Part shown: positions 38,461 to 46,449 of the stretch, in pieces
Layout of the letters: each line of letters opens with the position of its first letter
How positions within the stretch are numbered: the first letter of the stretch is position 1
Source of the DNA: a virus
Length of the DNA: 64,000 nucleotides
Reading direction: 5' to 3' (one strand)
Virus record (IMG/VR): IMGVR_UViG_3300046648_000213
Coordinates: 1-64,000 of that record
Position numbers and translations under genes: made by a program
The notes under the pieces: model-generated
What the model was told of the DNA's origin: nothing
The model's input: only the letters and a program-made list of their open reading frames with translations
The model's database searches: none

Positions 38461-40158
38461 CTAGGTATTTTTGCCTTCAAACGGCGATTTATGGGCGGAT
38501 TTTACTCGGAACTTGTGCAAACTGACCGGAATTATTGCGCCGTTCTGTGATACACCCCGCAGACGCGCTGCGGCGTAGCAATACTGGAGGGCATGGTGGA
38601 AGTGGTCGATGCCCTTGGCCGACTTCTTCCAGACGAACGCCATCTCGTTGTCGGACGTGAATTCCTTGATGCGCTTCATGTCCATGCAGTGCTTCATGAG
38701 CTCTTCTTTGTTCTCGTCCTCGAAGAACGTGATGCTGCCGCCCCGGATGAAGTCCATCAGGCTGTCGAACGCCTTGTTCCGGTTGATGTTGACCTGCCGG
38801 ACCGCCTCTTTACCCGCGTCTTCGTCCTTCTCCTGCGCGCGCAGCTTGAAGATTTCGATGTCTTTCGTGTTCGTGTAGATGCCGCCGTACAGGTTGACGA
38901 ACCAACCCTGCAGGCGCATGAGCAGGTCGGTGTACGGGTACGAGTCCATCACCGCCATCGCGACGCGATACTCGGCGCAGAACTGCTTGAACTTCTCCTC
39001 GAACTGGCCGAGCGGCACGCGCGCGGTCTTCACGACGGTCATGCGCCCGGTGTAGTCGACGCCGGCGATCACGAAGTGGCAGGTCATGCCCATGTCGACG
39101 CCCATCACGGTCGTTCCGAATGCCGGCGGCTCGCCGCGCACATAGCAGCGCTCGAAGTCATCGAGCGTGAGGCTCGTCTCCTTGTCCTCAGCGGGCAGCC
39201 CGAGGTTGAAGTTGATGAAGTCGACGTAGCGGTCGTAGCTGGTGCTCGCCTGGATCAGGAAGGGCAAGCTGATGATGTTCGGCGCGTCGAACGGCGTGAT
39301 CTGGAAGCCGGCAGCGATGTGCTTGCTCTCGCTGTTCATGATGACCCACTCGCGGTGCGCGGGCAGCAGCGACGGTTCCTTGCCGCACTTCGGGCACTCG
39401 AGCCACGCCTCGCTGAAGCGCAGGCGGCCGATCGTCTCCTTCGTGATCGCGCGCATGTCGTCGAAGAAGTCGGGGATGCGCACGTGCTGGAAGTAGTCCG
39501 GCACGAAGTAGTGGTTGCAGTGGCAGCACTTCACCATGTTCCACTTCTGGCGGCTCGACTCAAAGTGTTCGGAGATGCCCCAACCCTCGACGGTCGGCGT
39601 CGACCACTTGAACTTGAACTTGTACTTCGAGTGCGTCAGGCGCGACTGGTAGTTGGACATCACCTCGCTGTCGGAGAAGTCCACCTCATCGTTGAAGATC
39701 GCGTCGGCCGGCACCGAGATCGCGGCGCTGGCGCCCTTCGTGCCCTTCACGTAGAGGAAGCTGTTGTTGAAGCGCTTGACCTCGCTGTTGTCGGTCGACG
39801 TGTGCAGGTTCGCCTTCATGATGGGCGACTCGTCGATCACCGTGTCGACCCGCGTCTTCGTGAACGTGCGCGCGAAGCCGGCGGTGGGCAGCGTGTAGAT
39901 CGTCGTGAAGCCGGGGATCATGTTGCACAGGGCAAGTGCGTAGCGCGCGGCGAGCTCGGAGATTCCGATCTGCGAGCACTTGCGCACGACCTTCTCCGGC
40001 GATGGGTCGCGCAGCACCGCTTCCTGATACTCGTGGTCGAGGAAGCTGTAGTTGCCGCCGCGGATCATCGTGTTGACGGTGAGCCATTCCGGGATTTTCT
40101 CGAGGCCCCACGAGTTCAGTAGAACTGTGCGCAGCCGCTCCATGTGAAGGTCGAACAT
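38461..40158 (-). CDS. terL: Terminase large subunit (GpA-like)
   Basis: RKCSQIGISE, FNDEVD, WSTPT, CCHC/CPKC zinc motif, MGVDMG, DHFHHA. Confidence 0.93.
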   Translation of the reverse strand: MFDLHMERLRTVLLNSWGLEKIPEWLTVNTMIRGGNYSFLDHEYQEAVLRDPSPEKVVRKCSQIGISELAARYALALCNMIPGFTTIYTLPTAGFARTFTKTRVDTVIDESPIMKANLHTSTDNSEVKRFNNSFLYVKGTKGASAAISVPADAIFNDEVDFSDSEVMSNYQSRLTHSKYKFKFKWSTPTVEGWGISEHFESSRQKWNMVKCCHCNHYFVPDYFQHVRIPDFFDDMRAITKETIGRLRFSEAWLECPKCGKEPSLLPAHREWVIMNSESKHIAAGFQITPFDAPNIISLPFLIQASTSYDRYVDFINFNLGLPAEDKETSLTLDDFERCYVRGEPPAFGTTVMGVDMGMTCHFVIAGVDYTGRMTVVKTARVPLGQFEEKFKQFCAEYRVAMAVMDSYPYTDLLMRLQGWFVNLYGGIYTNTKDIEIFKLRAQEKDEDAGKEAVRQVNINRNKAFDSLMDFIRGGSITFFEDENKEELMKHCMDMKRIKEFTSDNEMAFVWKKSAKGIDHFHHALQYCYAAARLRGVSQNGAIIPVSLHKFRVKSAHKSPFEGKNT

Positions 40159-40280
40159 CTCCGTGTCCTTTTTGTCGTGTGGTAAAGTCCGCTCTCCACT
40201 GCCGCATCTCCCTTTACGGATGCAATCGTTGGCAAAACGAGTGGCTTTTCAGGCCGGACGCTCAATACGTCCGGCTTTTT

Positions 40281-40547
40281 TTATTCCCCGAGCGCTCGGC
40301 TCAGGGAGTCCGCGGAAGCGGTCTTTGCGGCTTTCAGGGTCCTGGAAACGCTCACCTCATGAAGCCCGGTCGTCATCTCTGCTGTGACGACGTGCAGCCT
40401 CTCGTTCTCCCCGGCGTACCGTAGGGCAAGGTCGTGCAACGTGGCGATCAGGTGGTCCTCAGTGTTCGCGGCGTTGTCGCGCACGCGGTATAGCGCGAGT
40501 TGCAGCCGCTCGGACTGCGCGGCCGAGAGCTTGAAGTCGTTGAGCAT
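40281..40547 (-). CDS. Hypothetical protein
   Basis: GGAG RBS, typical codons. Confidence 0.55.
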   Translation of the reverse strand: MLNDFKLSAAQSERLQLALYRVRDNAANTEDHLIATLHDLALRYAGENERLHVVTAEMTTGLHEVSVSRTLKAAKTASADSLSRALGE

Positions 40548-40698
40548 GTCGTCTCCATATTCTTGTTGTTCTGAGCGCGAGGAAGACGGCGAATGTGAAG
40601 CAGGCCCCGCCAATGCACAGCGCGAATATCAGCAGCGCGACGGCGACCAGCAGCACCAGTCGGACCATGAGCACGAGGAGGGCGATCTCGAACGGCAT
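40459..40698 (-). CDS. Small membrane protein
   Basis: Long hydrophobic stretch; coupled to the upstream gene. Confidence 0.45.
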   Translation of the reverse strand: MPFEIALLVLMVRLVLLVAVALLIFALCIGGACFTFAVFLALRTTRIWRRHAQRLQALGRAVRAAATRAIPRARQRREH

Positions 40699-40913
40699 CA
40701 GAAGGCCGGCACCTTGTGCGGTGAGACGCTGCCGTCGTTGTGCAGGATCGCGGTGCGCAGCACGACGTTCAGCTGATTGACGAGCTCCTGCTGCAGGCGC
40801 TCGTCCATCGGGATTTCGTTGATCGCGGTGGTCACTTGCGCGATGCCGCGCGCGATCTCGAAGCGCCGGCCGCGCCGCGCGTCGTTGGTCTGAATCTGCT
40901 CGAGGGTCATCAT
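40698..40913 (-). CDS. Hypothetical protein
   Basis: Coupled ORF, typical codons. Confidence 0.6.
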   Translation of the reverse strand: MMTLEQIQTNDARRGRRFEIARGIAQVTTAINEIPMDERLQQELVNQLNVVLRTAILHNDGSVSPHKVPAF

Positions 40914-41365
40914 TTGCGGTCCGCTGCTGCTTTGATGAGCGCGTAGTGGCGCTCGTACGTGGCGAGGAACTTCTCCTTGAGCTCGGGCGTCTCGGACTCG
41001 AGCGTTTTGATGAGGGCGGCTTCCATTGCCTTCACGCGCTCGGCGTCGTACATCTCGGTCTGAATCTTGGACAGCTGCCCGAGGATCGTCGTGATCGAGT
41101 TCGCGACCTGCGCCTTCTGATTGGCCGGCGTGCCGCCGTCATTGATGACGTCATCGAGCATGCCCTTCACCTGATGCAGCTGGAGGACGAGCTCCGCCTC
41201 CATGTCGATGTCGGCCAGCTTCGTCGGGGGCAAGTAGGAGTCGATCTGCGCGCGCAGCTTGAGGAGCTCGGAGAGCGTCATGTGCTCGAACATGAGCGTC
41301 GGCGTGCCGCGCGCCGGCGGCAGCGGGTCGCGCTGCATCTCCTCGACCTTTTTCTTGTTCAGCAT
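40910..41365 (-). CDS. Helical protein, candidate terminase small subunit
   Basis: About 150 aa helical/coiled, upstream of terL. Confidence 0.5.
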   Translation of the reverse strand: MLNKKKVEEMQRDPLPPARGTPTLMFEHMTLSELLKLRAQIDSYLPPTKLADIDMEAELVLQLHQVKGMLDDVINDGGTPANQKAQVANSITTILGQLSKIQTEMYDAERVKAMEAALIKTLESETPELKEKFLATYERHYALIKAAADRK

Positions 41366-41709
41366 TGCCGTCCGCTCCCATCGCACACGCGGCAGGCGCT
41401 GTTTGCGTAAAGCGGAAGGCCGTCGACGAGGGCTTGGCGCTCGAAACGTGTGCCGCCGCACGCAGCGCAGGCCACAAATGGCTTGCCAGCTTCGTCTGCT
41501 GCTTGATCGATGACATGTTTGGCGCTGATTGCGGCCAATACACCTTTCAGAGAGCGCTCAGCGGCATGGCGAGAGACTCTTTTGGCGTGAATTTGGTGCG
41601 GAGAAGCCTGGACACTGCCAATGTCGCCCACGATTGGGGCAACACTGTCCATTGAAGGGTCGAAGTCAGGCTCGAGGAGCGCCTCGTGACCGTGGAAGTT
41701 GTCTTCCAT
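41359..41709 (-). CDS. Zinc-finger hypothetical protein
   Basis: CAAC...CRVC. Confidence 0.5.
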   Translation of the reverse strand: MEDNFHGHEALLEPDFDPSMDSVAPIVGDIGSVQASPHQIHAKRVSRHAAERSLKGVLAAISAKHVIDQAADEAGKPFVACAACGGTRFERQALVDGLPLYANSACRVCDGSGRQC

Positions 41710-42064
41710 CTTGTTCTTGTCCCAATGTCTTGACCATCCGATAGACCTGTCGAGTGGAAACCTCCAACTCTTCGGCAGCTTTCTCTATGGTCATGGTGCC
41801 TTTCAGCACTCTAATTATTGTTTGGCGCTGAACTTGACGCTTTTGGGCGACCCTCTCTCGGTCTAGGACCTTCTGAGATGGAGCTCTCGTCAAATTTCTA
41901 GCCTTCATCAACCTGCTCAAATGCCGCTCAGTGACACCAAGCATTCTAGCCGCTTCTGTGCGGCTTATCTGCTTGGTCGAATAGGCTTCCAGTACCGAGT
42001 CCCGTTGTTTTTCTTCTTCTGCCGAGAGTGCCCCGATTGCTGAGCCTTGCGGCTTTTTAGTCAT
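41666..42064 (-). CDS. Tandem double-HTH DNA-binding protein
   Basis: SRTEAARMLGVTERHLSRL and TIEKAAEELEVSTRQVYRM. Confidence 0.8.
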   Translation of the reverse strand: MTKKPQGSAIGALSAEEEKQRDSVLEAYSTKQISRTEAARMLGVTERHLSRLMKARNLTRAPSQKVLDRERVAQKRQVQRQTIIRVLKGTMTIEKAAEELEVSTRQVYRMVKTLGQEQDGRQLPRSRGAPRA

Positions 42065-42071
42065 GGCCCGG

Positions 42072-42100
42072 ATTGTGGACGACATGGCAGGAATGGGCAA
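42072..42100 (-). promoter_or_regulatory. Promoter probably giving a leaderless mRNA for the double-HTH gene
   Basis: TTGCCC-17-CACAAT, 7 nt before the ATG, no SD. Confidence 0.55.
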
Positions 42101-42249
42101 GTCCCTTTTTTCCGAGAATGTCAAAAAGTTCTGGAAAATGTCGGAAATTTCGTAGGGGAGAGGGACCCGGCGCGTCGGCGCAATGGACAGGGAAAGCCAC
42201 CCCGTCAAAGCCCCTAAACGGTCTTTGGCGCGCGCCGTGCGATGGAAAG

Positions 42250-42482
42250 CGTCATTGTCCATTGTCCCAATGATTCTAACGACTCAGACGGCGCACACGG
42301 CGCACACAATGGACACTGACAGCACATAGGACAGTGGATAGGACATAGGCACTGGCAGTGTCCATTGTCTAGGCACTGGCACTGGCACTGGCACTGGCAC
42401 TGGCAGCTGTCACTGCAATGGACACTGGCACTGGCACCGATCGTTAGCACTGGCATAGGCACTGGCACTGTCCATTGTCATT
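42250..42482. repeat. GGCACT tandem hexamers with TGTCCATTG/CAATGGACA motifs
   Basis: (GGCACT)x5 at 42372-42401 plus scattered copies. Confidence 0.85.
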
Positions 42483-42532
42483 AAGGGTGAAAGTTGCGAT
42501 GTCCGGGAAAAATTCAGGTGAAACGGGGTAGT

Positions 42533-42690
42533 GTCTTTATAAAATAATTTGAATATACCTATTGCTAATGGGATTATCAGTCTTTAAAATAGAGCCTGTA
42601 GTTGGTAGTTAGCTGTAGGCGGGATTAGGCAAAGCGCCTAGTCCATGCGGGCGAAAGCGCCGCGCGCCGTGTTCTCTAACAATTTAGCCG
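42533..42690 (+). promoter_or_regulatory. Strong early promoter with UP element, leader hairpins and boxA-like site
   Basis: AT-rich UP element; TTGCTA(42562)-17-TAAAAT(42585); GCGAAAGC hairpin; TGTTCTCTAACAATT at 42670-42684. Confidence 0.7.
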
Positions 42691-42766
42691 ATTTACTTAC
42701 CTTGCATTAGGCATGCCCTAATGTAAAGGGCATGCCATAACTCAACTTTTATAGGAAGTTTCAGAT

Positions 42767-43621
42767 ATGGCACGCAAAGCTCAAAACGCAGCAGCAGCAG
42801 CAGAAACGAACGCAGCAGCAGCGGATAACGCGGCAGCAGCAGAAACGAACGCAGCAGCAGCAGCAGCAGCAGCAGCGACGGATTATGACAGCGCACAGTA
42901 TGTCAGTGCTACTGTCATTGATATGCTTGTGGCAGTGTCCGAAAATAAGGTAGCAATGGATGCTAACGAAAAGACCCTTAAAGGGTTGATTCCGAAGATT
43001 CCGAAATTGTCTACTGCCCTTTCTCTTATCAATAGCGCAATTGACCGCGCATATGGTTTGCAGGAAGAAACGGCATACTTGGACGAAAAGGGTAATACCT
43101 GCTACAAAACGCGGCACGTTAAATTCTGCACTTTGCGCGCGTGCACGATGCTTGTGCAGTGGCATAAGGAAGTGGAGAAAAAGGACGTTAAGGTAAAGGC
43201 CAAGTTTGTAGGCAACAAGGCTTACAAGTTTGAAATTACCGAAAAGGAAAAGGAAGAAACGCAAAGCGCACCGTCCGAAGTGTCAGAGGAAGAAAAGGCA
43301 CGACGCGCGGAATTTGCAGCAGCAGAAACGCAAAGCGCAAAAATCCTTGCTCTGTTCAATGTGGCGCGTTCTATCGGTATCCCTGCTGATATGGTGGATA
43401 CGTGGGCAGCAGACATTGACCAATGGCAAGCGGTAGAAAACCAGCGCAAGGCAGCAGAAGCGCAAGCGGCAGCAGTGGCAGCAGCAGCAGAAGCAGCGCG
43501 CGCAGCAGAGAACGCGGCAGCAGAAGCAAAGCTTGCAGCAGAAAAGGCAGCAGCTACGCGTAACCGCAAAACGCGCGACGCGGCAGCAGCAGCAGATAAG
43601 CAAGGTGAGTTGATCGGCTAA
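42767..43621 (+). CDS. First early gene; Ala-rich protein of unknown function
   Basis: Own promoter, RBS and terminator; Ala almost always encoded by GCA. Confidence 0.8.
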   Translation: MARKAQNAAAAAETNAAAADNAAAAETNAAAAAAAAATDYDSAQYVSATVIDMLVAVSENKVAMDANEKTLKGLIPKIPKLSTALSLINSAIDRAYGLQEETAYLDEKGNTCYKTRHVKFCTLRACTMLVQWHKEVEKKDVKVKAKFVGNKAYKFEITEKEKEETQSAPSEVSEEEKARRAEFAAAETQSAKILALFNVARSIGIPADMVDTWAADIDQWQAVENQRKAAEAQAAAVAAAAEAARAAENAAAEAKLAAEKAAATRNRKTRDAAAAADKQGELIG

Positions 43622-43626
43622 ACCCT

Positions 43627-43668
43627 AAACCCCTAAACCCTTAAACGGTTTAGGGGTTTTGCCTTTTT
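43627..43668 (+). terminator. Rho-independent terminator
   Basis: AAACCCCTAAACC-loop-GGTTTAGGGGTTT followed by T-rich tail. Confidence 0.75.
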
Positions 43669-43671
43669 CAT

Positions 43672-43970
43672 TGTCCAATTTATCGATTGGACAGCGAAAA
43701 ACGCATAACCTGATTTTTCAGTGTCTTTTACACTGGCTTAGAGCCCCGCGCGGGGCTGTCCAATTGGACAGCCTATAGCGCGGGGCTCTATCGTTTTGTG
43801 TTTCGTTTTTTGCTGGCTGTCCAATTGGACAGCCGCGCGCGCTGCTGTCTTTTGCTGGCTGTCCAATTGGACAGCCGCACGGCGCGCGCTGCTGATGCGC
43901 TGATGCGCTGCTGATGCGCTGATGCGCTGCTGATGCGTTGATGCGCGGCACTGTCCAATTGGACAGCCGC
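43672..43970. repeat. Cluster of TGTCCAATTGGACA palindromes around a GCTGATGC tandem
   Basis: Copies at 43757, 43818, 43860, 43952; expanded variant at 43672; GCTGATGC repeats about 43890-43945. Confidence 0.9.
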
Positions 43971-43999
43971 GCCTTTTAACTTTGATAGGGAGTTTTGCT

Positions 44000-44212
44000 A
44001 TGCGCCGTTTCTTTAGCTGGCTGGAATTTTGGGTTTTTGTTCTGGCGTCCGCCGGTGCCTTTTGGGTGTTCCTTTTCGCCACGTTGGTATTTCCAGACGT
44101 GCTGACCCGTTATCAGGTCTGCTGCACTTTGGCACTGGTCCCGACCTGTGCATGTGCCGCTTTCATCCAATTTCTGATTATCAAGGATGAGGAGCGCCGC
44201 TATGGTTGGTAA
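44000..44212 (+). CDS. Small 2-TM membrane protein
   Basis: GGGAG RBS, hydrophobic. Confidence 0.6.
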   Translation: MRRFFSWLEFWVFVLASAGAFWVFLFATLVFPDVLTRYQVCCTLALVPTCACAAFIQFLIIKDEERRYGW

Positions 44213-44468
44213 GAATCCGGCGCTTCTCGAATTGGACATTCAGACACTGAATGTTGAGGCTATTCATTTGCGCGCTGACTTTGAGGCTCTGCGTGCCAAA
44301 ACGATGAATGAGCTATCCAGCGTTATGCCGACGCTGCGAGATGTGACGCGCGCGCTCGAACGCCCGACGCTCACTGACGAGAAACGCCTGATGTTGGCTG
44401 AAGTGCTGGCGCAACGTCTGGACGTTGTTCAGGACGTGATCGACAAGTTGGCAGCAGCGAAGAGATGA
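44202..44468 (+). CDS. Hypothetical protein
   Basis: GAGGAG RBS. Confidence 0.6.
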   Translation: MVGKNPALLELDIQTLNVEAIHLRADFEALRAKTMNELSSVMPTLRDVTRALERPTLTDEKRLMLAEVLAQRLDVVQDVIDKLAAAKR

Positions 44469-44547
44469 GAGCGAAACGCGCTTCGGCGCGTCTGCATGTG
44501 AGGCATGCACTGACGAGCTCAGACAACTTTGATTGGGGAGTGTCCAA

Positions 44548-44898
44548 ATGGACATTGGAAACGCACAGCGCCGCGCGCTCGGTATCACGGGCGATTCTAT
44601 GTGGATGCAGCTTGGCATGACCGAAGCGCAGTTCCTTACCGCGCAGAAGCAGCACGCGCGAGATCGTGCGGATCGCTCGGCAGGCGAGCGGGCCTACAAG
44701 CTGGATCGTTACGAGGTGTCCGCGCCGATCGGCCGCATGCGCACGATGCTGCCTATCCTCAGCACGAGCGACAAAGCGACGGCGGTCGAGTTCTACGAGT
44801 CCGGCAAGCACCTGGGCTACGAGAAGAACTGGCCGGACGATCCGAAGCCACGGCAGCTGTCGAAAGGGCAGCTGCGCAAGCTGCGTAAGCGCCACTGA
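44548..44898 (+). CDS. Hypothetical protein
   Basis: Start lies inside the palindrome TGTCCAAATGGACA; GGGGAG RBS. Confidence 0.65.
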   Translation: MDIGNAQRRALGITGDSMWMQLGMTEAQFLTAQKQHARDRADRSAGERAYKLDRYEVSAPIGRMRTMLPILSTSDKATAVEFYESGKHLGYEKNWPDDPKPRQLSKGQLRKLRKRH

Positions 44899-45040
44899 CT
44901 GAGTTCGCATCAACTCAACTGAGTTGATTCGATCTCACCTCATATGTATTGGGCTCGACCCGATTCATATGACGTGAGATCATCTCGCGCCTGCTCAACT
45001 CAACTGAGTTGATACCAACTTAACTGAAACCGAATGGAGT
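44896..45040. repeat. 5-bp-periodic array (centromere-like)
   Basis: CAACT CAACT GAGTT GAT occurs twice; in-phase pentamers throughout. Confidence 0.65.
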
Positions 45041-45044
45041 TTGT

Positions 45045-45260
45045 ATGAACACGAAAAATCTGAACGGCCTGACCGACGTCCGCCACATCTTGACCGACGC
45101 TCGCGGGAAGTTGGAAGAGGCGCGCGCACGGCGCCGCCACGCTGTCGCATACACGATCGTGTGCCTGGGCATCGTCGGCGCGCTGTGCGCCACCATGTTC
45201 ACGCCGCAGAATGCGCACGCCGCGCGCTCGCATCATTCGAGCGTGCGGTCGCATCACTGA
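45045..45260 (+). CDS. Small membrane protein
   Basis: GGAG RBS, one TM helix. Confidence 0.6.
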   Translation: MNTKNLNGLTDVRHILTDARGKLEEARARRRHAVAYTIVCLGIVGALCATMFTPQNAHAARSHHSSVRSHH

Positions 45261-45280
45261 CTGTCCAATTGGACACTGAC

Positions 45281-45306
45281 AAAGCCGGCGCAATGCCGGC
45301 TTTTTT
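45281..45306 (+). terminator. Rho-independent terminator
   Basis: AAAGCCGGC-GCAAT-GCCGGCTTTTTT. Confidence 0.8.
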
Positions 45307-45879
45307 GCTTTTCTGCTCTCTGTCAATACCCTGAAAAATATTTTTCCGGGTCTTTTTGACACACCCCTCTGACTGACATTTCTTGCCGTTCGGGACCGAA
45401 ACCGAATCGAGTCCGCAAAATTTGACAAAATCCTCCGCATGTGCATCAACCCCGAAAAACACAAGCCCTTGTGTTTGTAACTGTATGCCGACCTTAATTA
45501 CTCTTTTCGAGTTTGGCAGCCGCTCTCCCTTACCAGACAAGAGTTTGAACCCTTCTATATTCAAATTATTAGTTAAAAAAGTAGGGTATGAGGGGGGTAA
45601 GCTCAAGTGCCTTAAAGACCGAGGACTTTCTCGTATGTGCTTGATCTAACAGGGAAAAATATTTTTCCTCACTCAGATTTTTGCTCTCTCGACCTTGGCG
45701 AACCCCCAAGGGGGTACTTTTCGGCAAGTCATTAAACAGTTGCTGTAAGTCCTTGATTTACAATGGACATTTCAACCGTGTGGCGTAACTCACACAGTCA
45801 AGTCGAAAACCATTGACTTTTGAAAACCACCTCAAAATCGTCGCTTTCCTCAATACAATCAACCACTTACGTCGAAAAA

Positions 45880-46067
45880 TCGATGCATGGGTGTTGTAAA
45901 TCGATGCATGGGTGTTGTAGCTCGATGCATGGGTGTTGTGGGGTCGATGCATGGGTGTTGTGACCTCGATGCATGGGTGTTGTGGGTCGATGCATGGGTG
46001 TTAGGCCCCTCGATGCATGGGTGTTTGCCTATTTTTTGTGCAAAAACGGCTCGATGCGTGGGTGTTG
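45880..46067. repeat. Iteron-like direct repeats TCGATGCATGGGTGTT x8; candidate replication origin
   Basis: Starts at 45880, 45901, 45922, 45944, 45966, 45987, 46010, 46051 (last one degenerate); adjacent AT-rich non-coding 45310-45880. Confidence 0.85.
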
Positions 46068-46203
46068 CGCGTGTTCTTTTGCACACGACGTTTTCTGTCT
46101 GAAATAGACGTCCCTTTTGGCGGAAAATGTCGTACAATCTCAGCCTGAATCGCAAAACGTCTTCAACTAGAATTGAAACCGAAAGGTGTATGGAGAAATT
46201 TCA

Positions 46204-46449
46204 ATGACTGACAATGCTTCGATGAGCCCGATCGAGCGCGCCGTGAACATCATCGGCGGCCCGAGCGAAACGGCACGCAAGATGACCCTCGCCACCGGCA
46301 AGCTGTTCTCGCCGAGCGTGGTTTGGCATTGGGTAGCGAAAGATCACGTGCGCGTGGAATTCCTGACGGCGCTGTCCAGGCTGAGCGGCATTCCGGTGCT
46401 CGAGTTCGTTGACCACCTCGCCTACACGAGCGAGAAGGCGACCGTATGA
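46204..46449 (+). CDS. Cro/YdaS-like HTH regulator
   Basis: IERAVNIIGGPSETARK...SPSVVWHW. Confidence 0.75.
   Translation: MTDNASMSPIERAVNIIGGPSETARKMTLATGKLFSPSVVWHWVAKDHVRVEFLTALSRLSGIPVLEFVDHLAYTSEKATV

Noticed and set aside
42214-42468. Cys-rich ORF (CQCQCQ)
   Set aside because: Artefact of the GGCACT microsatellite
43620-43660. Telomere-like CCCTAAA repeats
   Set aside because: Explained as the arms of an intrinsic terminator hairpin
43672-43970. Palindrome cluster as a mini-CRISPR array
   Set aside because: Intervals are irregular (42-92 bp) and low-complexity; the repeat is too short
45880-46067. Direct repeats as a CRISPR array
   Set aside because: Repeats are 16-17 bp with only 4-7 nt between most of them; no cas genes; helical phasing fits iterons
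45758-46155. Repetitive ORFs over the iterons
   Set aside because: Translations of the repeat unit; no RBS or codon bias
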